The position numbers and the translations under genes are program-made. The notes under the pieces were generated by a model. That model made no database searches. It worked only from the letters and a program-made list of their open reading frames with translations, and was not told the origin of the DNA. DNA of 64,000 bases from Salpingoeca rosetta (taxonomy: Eukaryota; Protista; Choanoflagellata), in NCBI GenBank assembly GCA_033442325.1, contig JAWQFM010000003.1, positions 518,906 through 582,905 on the forward strand, given 5' to 3'. How positions within the stretch are numbered: position 1 is the stretch's first letter; every line of letters begins with the position of its first letter. This document shows positions 51,948-64,000 of this stretch, piece by piece.

Positions 51948-52189
51948 AACAAACACACAGGCACGCAAAGGTAAACACAAACACACAAGCTTACGCCATC
52001 AACGTCGAGCTCAGCCCAGAAGTCCTTCCATGGGCGACCACCTGCAGTGCGCAGGTCGAAGCGAATATCGTCGTTGCCCTGGATGGCACGCTTGAGCTCC
52101 TTCTTGGACAGCCAGCCGCTCTCATCGCGATCTGCCTGCACAAAGATGCTTGTTGCACGGGTGTGCATGGCAATCAGGCGCTGATCCAT
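50144..52189 (-). CDS. 8xEF-hand-only calcium-binding protein (paralogue A), 5 exons
   Basis: Starts MDQRLIAMHTRATSIFVQADRDESGWLSKKE and has the same four-unit exon layout as paralogue B. Ends DGKITLDELVDYIEKAGTRHVQEGLELVRA*. Confidence 0.85.
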
Positions 52190-52772
52190 TGTCGGGGGAA
52201 GGGGGGAAGGTGTTGTTGTTTGTCGGTCGGGATTCGAGAAGAAGGCGATCAAAAGCGGCTGCACGGGTCAGTGGCAGAAGTGAAAACAAAAAAATGACAG
52301 CTCAGCTGATGGTCGGCCTACCTGCGCATGTAGCTGCGCAGCGAGCAGCGGCAAGCCGTGGCAGCGGTGGCAAGCAACGCGTACGCGACCAACCTCTCAT
52401 CTTCGTCACTTTGACGCAACCCGCACAGTGTGCCTTGCGATTTTTGTTAATTACATAGCTACTATTCAATGTCCGGTCCTATCTAGGAAGAATAAATTAA
52501 GGCGGTAACACATAGTTTTTGTGACATTGTTTTCGACTGAAATCAGTTGTTTTCGATACAAAGGCGGTGGCGAATGGCTTCGACAAGTACAGCGCAACAA
52601 CGAGCGCGATTTGGATGATTGCAGGGGCTTCCGTTTCTGGGTGGTGCGTTTATTATGATCATGACTGGGGAACAGACAGGAGGCGTTGTGTTTGTGGGTT
52701 TGTATGGTACACCAAACAAGCAAGGAAGGAAAAAGTCAGCAGCTCTCCCAGAGGCTTCCTTTCCATTGGCAG

Positions 52773-60038
<7,266 letters not shown>

Positions 60039-60184
60039 CGTGTCTCTCTGGGTGTCTGGCTGGTGAAGGGTTTGTGTTGTTTGTCAGCGTTGTGTGTGTT
60101 GTCAATGGGGAGCAAGTGCAACTGAAATCAGTTTGCACGAATGTGCCAACAAGACAACGACAAGGAGAACGCACCAGTGGCGCG

Positions 60185-62827
<2,643 letters not shown>

Positions 62828-63093
62828 CGACAAGGAAGGGCCAGCTTCGCTATGTGTGTGTATGTGTGTGTGTGTGTTTGTGTTTGTGTCTGGCGCAGCT
62901 GTGTGCATTTTGCAGACATGGGTCGGCTTGCATGTGAGCAAGCAACGTGCGTGTGTCACGTGGTCGTGTTCACATATCTATCTCTTGTAAATTGTGTACA
63001 CATTCGAGCTCATAACCGAAGCTACCCACGAACAACTGCAATGACAAGGCAAGGCACGATATCACAGACAGGCAGGCAGGCAGACGACACAAG

Positions 63094-63178
<85 letters not shown>

Positions 63179-63367
63179 GCACACACACACGGACACATTC
63201 GAACGCATATGAATGAGCAAACCACATCTGATACTGATTAGGTTCCAAAGGACAAAATGTGTGGGCGCACGCGAGCAAAGTCCACGACGAGCAAGAGCAC
63301 GGCATACAGGCGCAGTGGAAGGGGGTACACCAAAACCAAAGCTAGGAGGGATGTGGCGGACCCAAGT

Positions 63368-63408
<41 letters not shown>

Positions 63409-63505
63409 CAGAAGAGAGAATGGGAGAATGAGAGGGAGAGAGATGGGGGATTAAGGCGACAAGAAGCGTGGGGGTGGTGCAATTGTGTGATTGTGTGTGT
63501 CGCGT

Positions 63506-64000
63506 TTACGGGTGCGGTGGAGGCGAGAACGGCTCTGATGCTGATGAGGACACGTCTGCAAATGTTTCGTCGCGTGTGCGTGACATGACGTGGCAGCGGG
63601 AGGGATGCAGGATTGTCTCCACCAATTTCGCAGCCATCGACTCGTCCTTGTGCGCCTCGCCTGGTGATCCACACATGCAATGTGAATGAGCGTGTCAGTG
63701 TGTGTGCGTGCGTGTGTTTGGGCGTTGGAGTGAACAAGTTGCCGCCTGTGGTTGGTGGAAAGAAATGACATGCAATGGCATGCCGACACCACACCCTCGA
63801 GGCGAGCAGTGTAATCGCATTTATGCACACATGGCTAGGCACGCAGCGCCATGTGGGTGCACTCACAAGCGGCGAGATGGGCGGTGCGTTGTTCGTGATA
63901 GAGCTGCAACTCTTCCTTGAAGCTCACCTGCACACACACACACATGCGCGTCACACACTACCAGGAAATGGAGTGCCAAACGCAGATACACACAGGCACA
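63506..64000 (-). CDS. Possible 3' end of a gene entering from beyond the window
   Basis: Putative spliced exons ..CACVYLRLALHFL|VSFKEELQLYHEQRTAHLAA|CEAHKDESMAAKLVETILHP..PPPHP* with in-phase GT-AG sites. No recognisable domain. Confidence 0.4.

Noticed and set aside
45013-52189. A single 16-EF-hand gene joining paralogues A and B
   Set aside because: A has an in-frame stop at 50144 and B has its own homologous MDQRL start. The open frame upstream of B (49297-49557) is out of frame with it.

Overview
Eukaryotic, gene-dense and intron-rich DNA whose introns are packed with (CA)n/(TG)n microsatellites. Together with an EFL elongation factor and holozoan-type gene content, this points to a choanoflagellate, probably Salpingoeca-like (inference). 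Hand-splicing at GT-AG junctions gives about 15 protein genes and one intron-containing tRNA-Lys(UUU). In order: SDHD, EFL, ALKBH8-like dioxygenase, tRNA, golgin-84, ACBP, RPLP0, a small PH-like protein, an intronless three-module glycosyltransferase, STAG/Scc3, a polyQ protein with an 8-Cys finger, a PA-TM-RING E3 ligase, two tandem 8-EF-hand paralogues (one fused to a coiled coil and GAR domain), an anoctamin, an intronless orphan ORF, and a possible gene 3' end at the right edge. Most ORFs in the supplied track are microsatellite or antisense artefacts. The most notable observations are: (1) a spliced C-terminal Cys pattern resembling a nuclear-receptor double zinc finger, a class considered animal-specific; (2) an 8xEF-hand/coiled-coil/GAR protein with an EF-hand-only twin, next to a Ca2+-activated anoctamin; (3) a tri-modular Golgi-type glycosyltransferase. 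All family calls come from motif recognition by eye; no searches were run.
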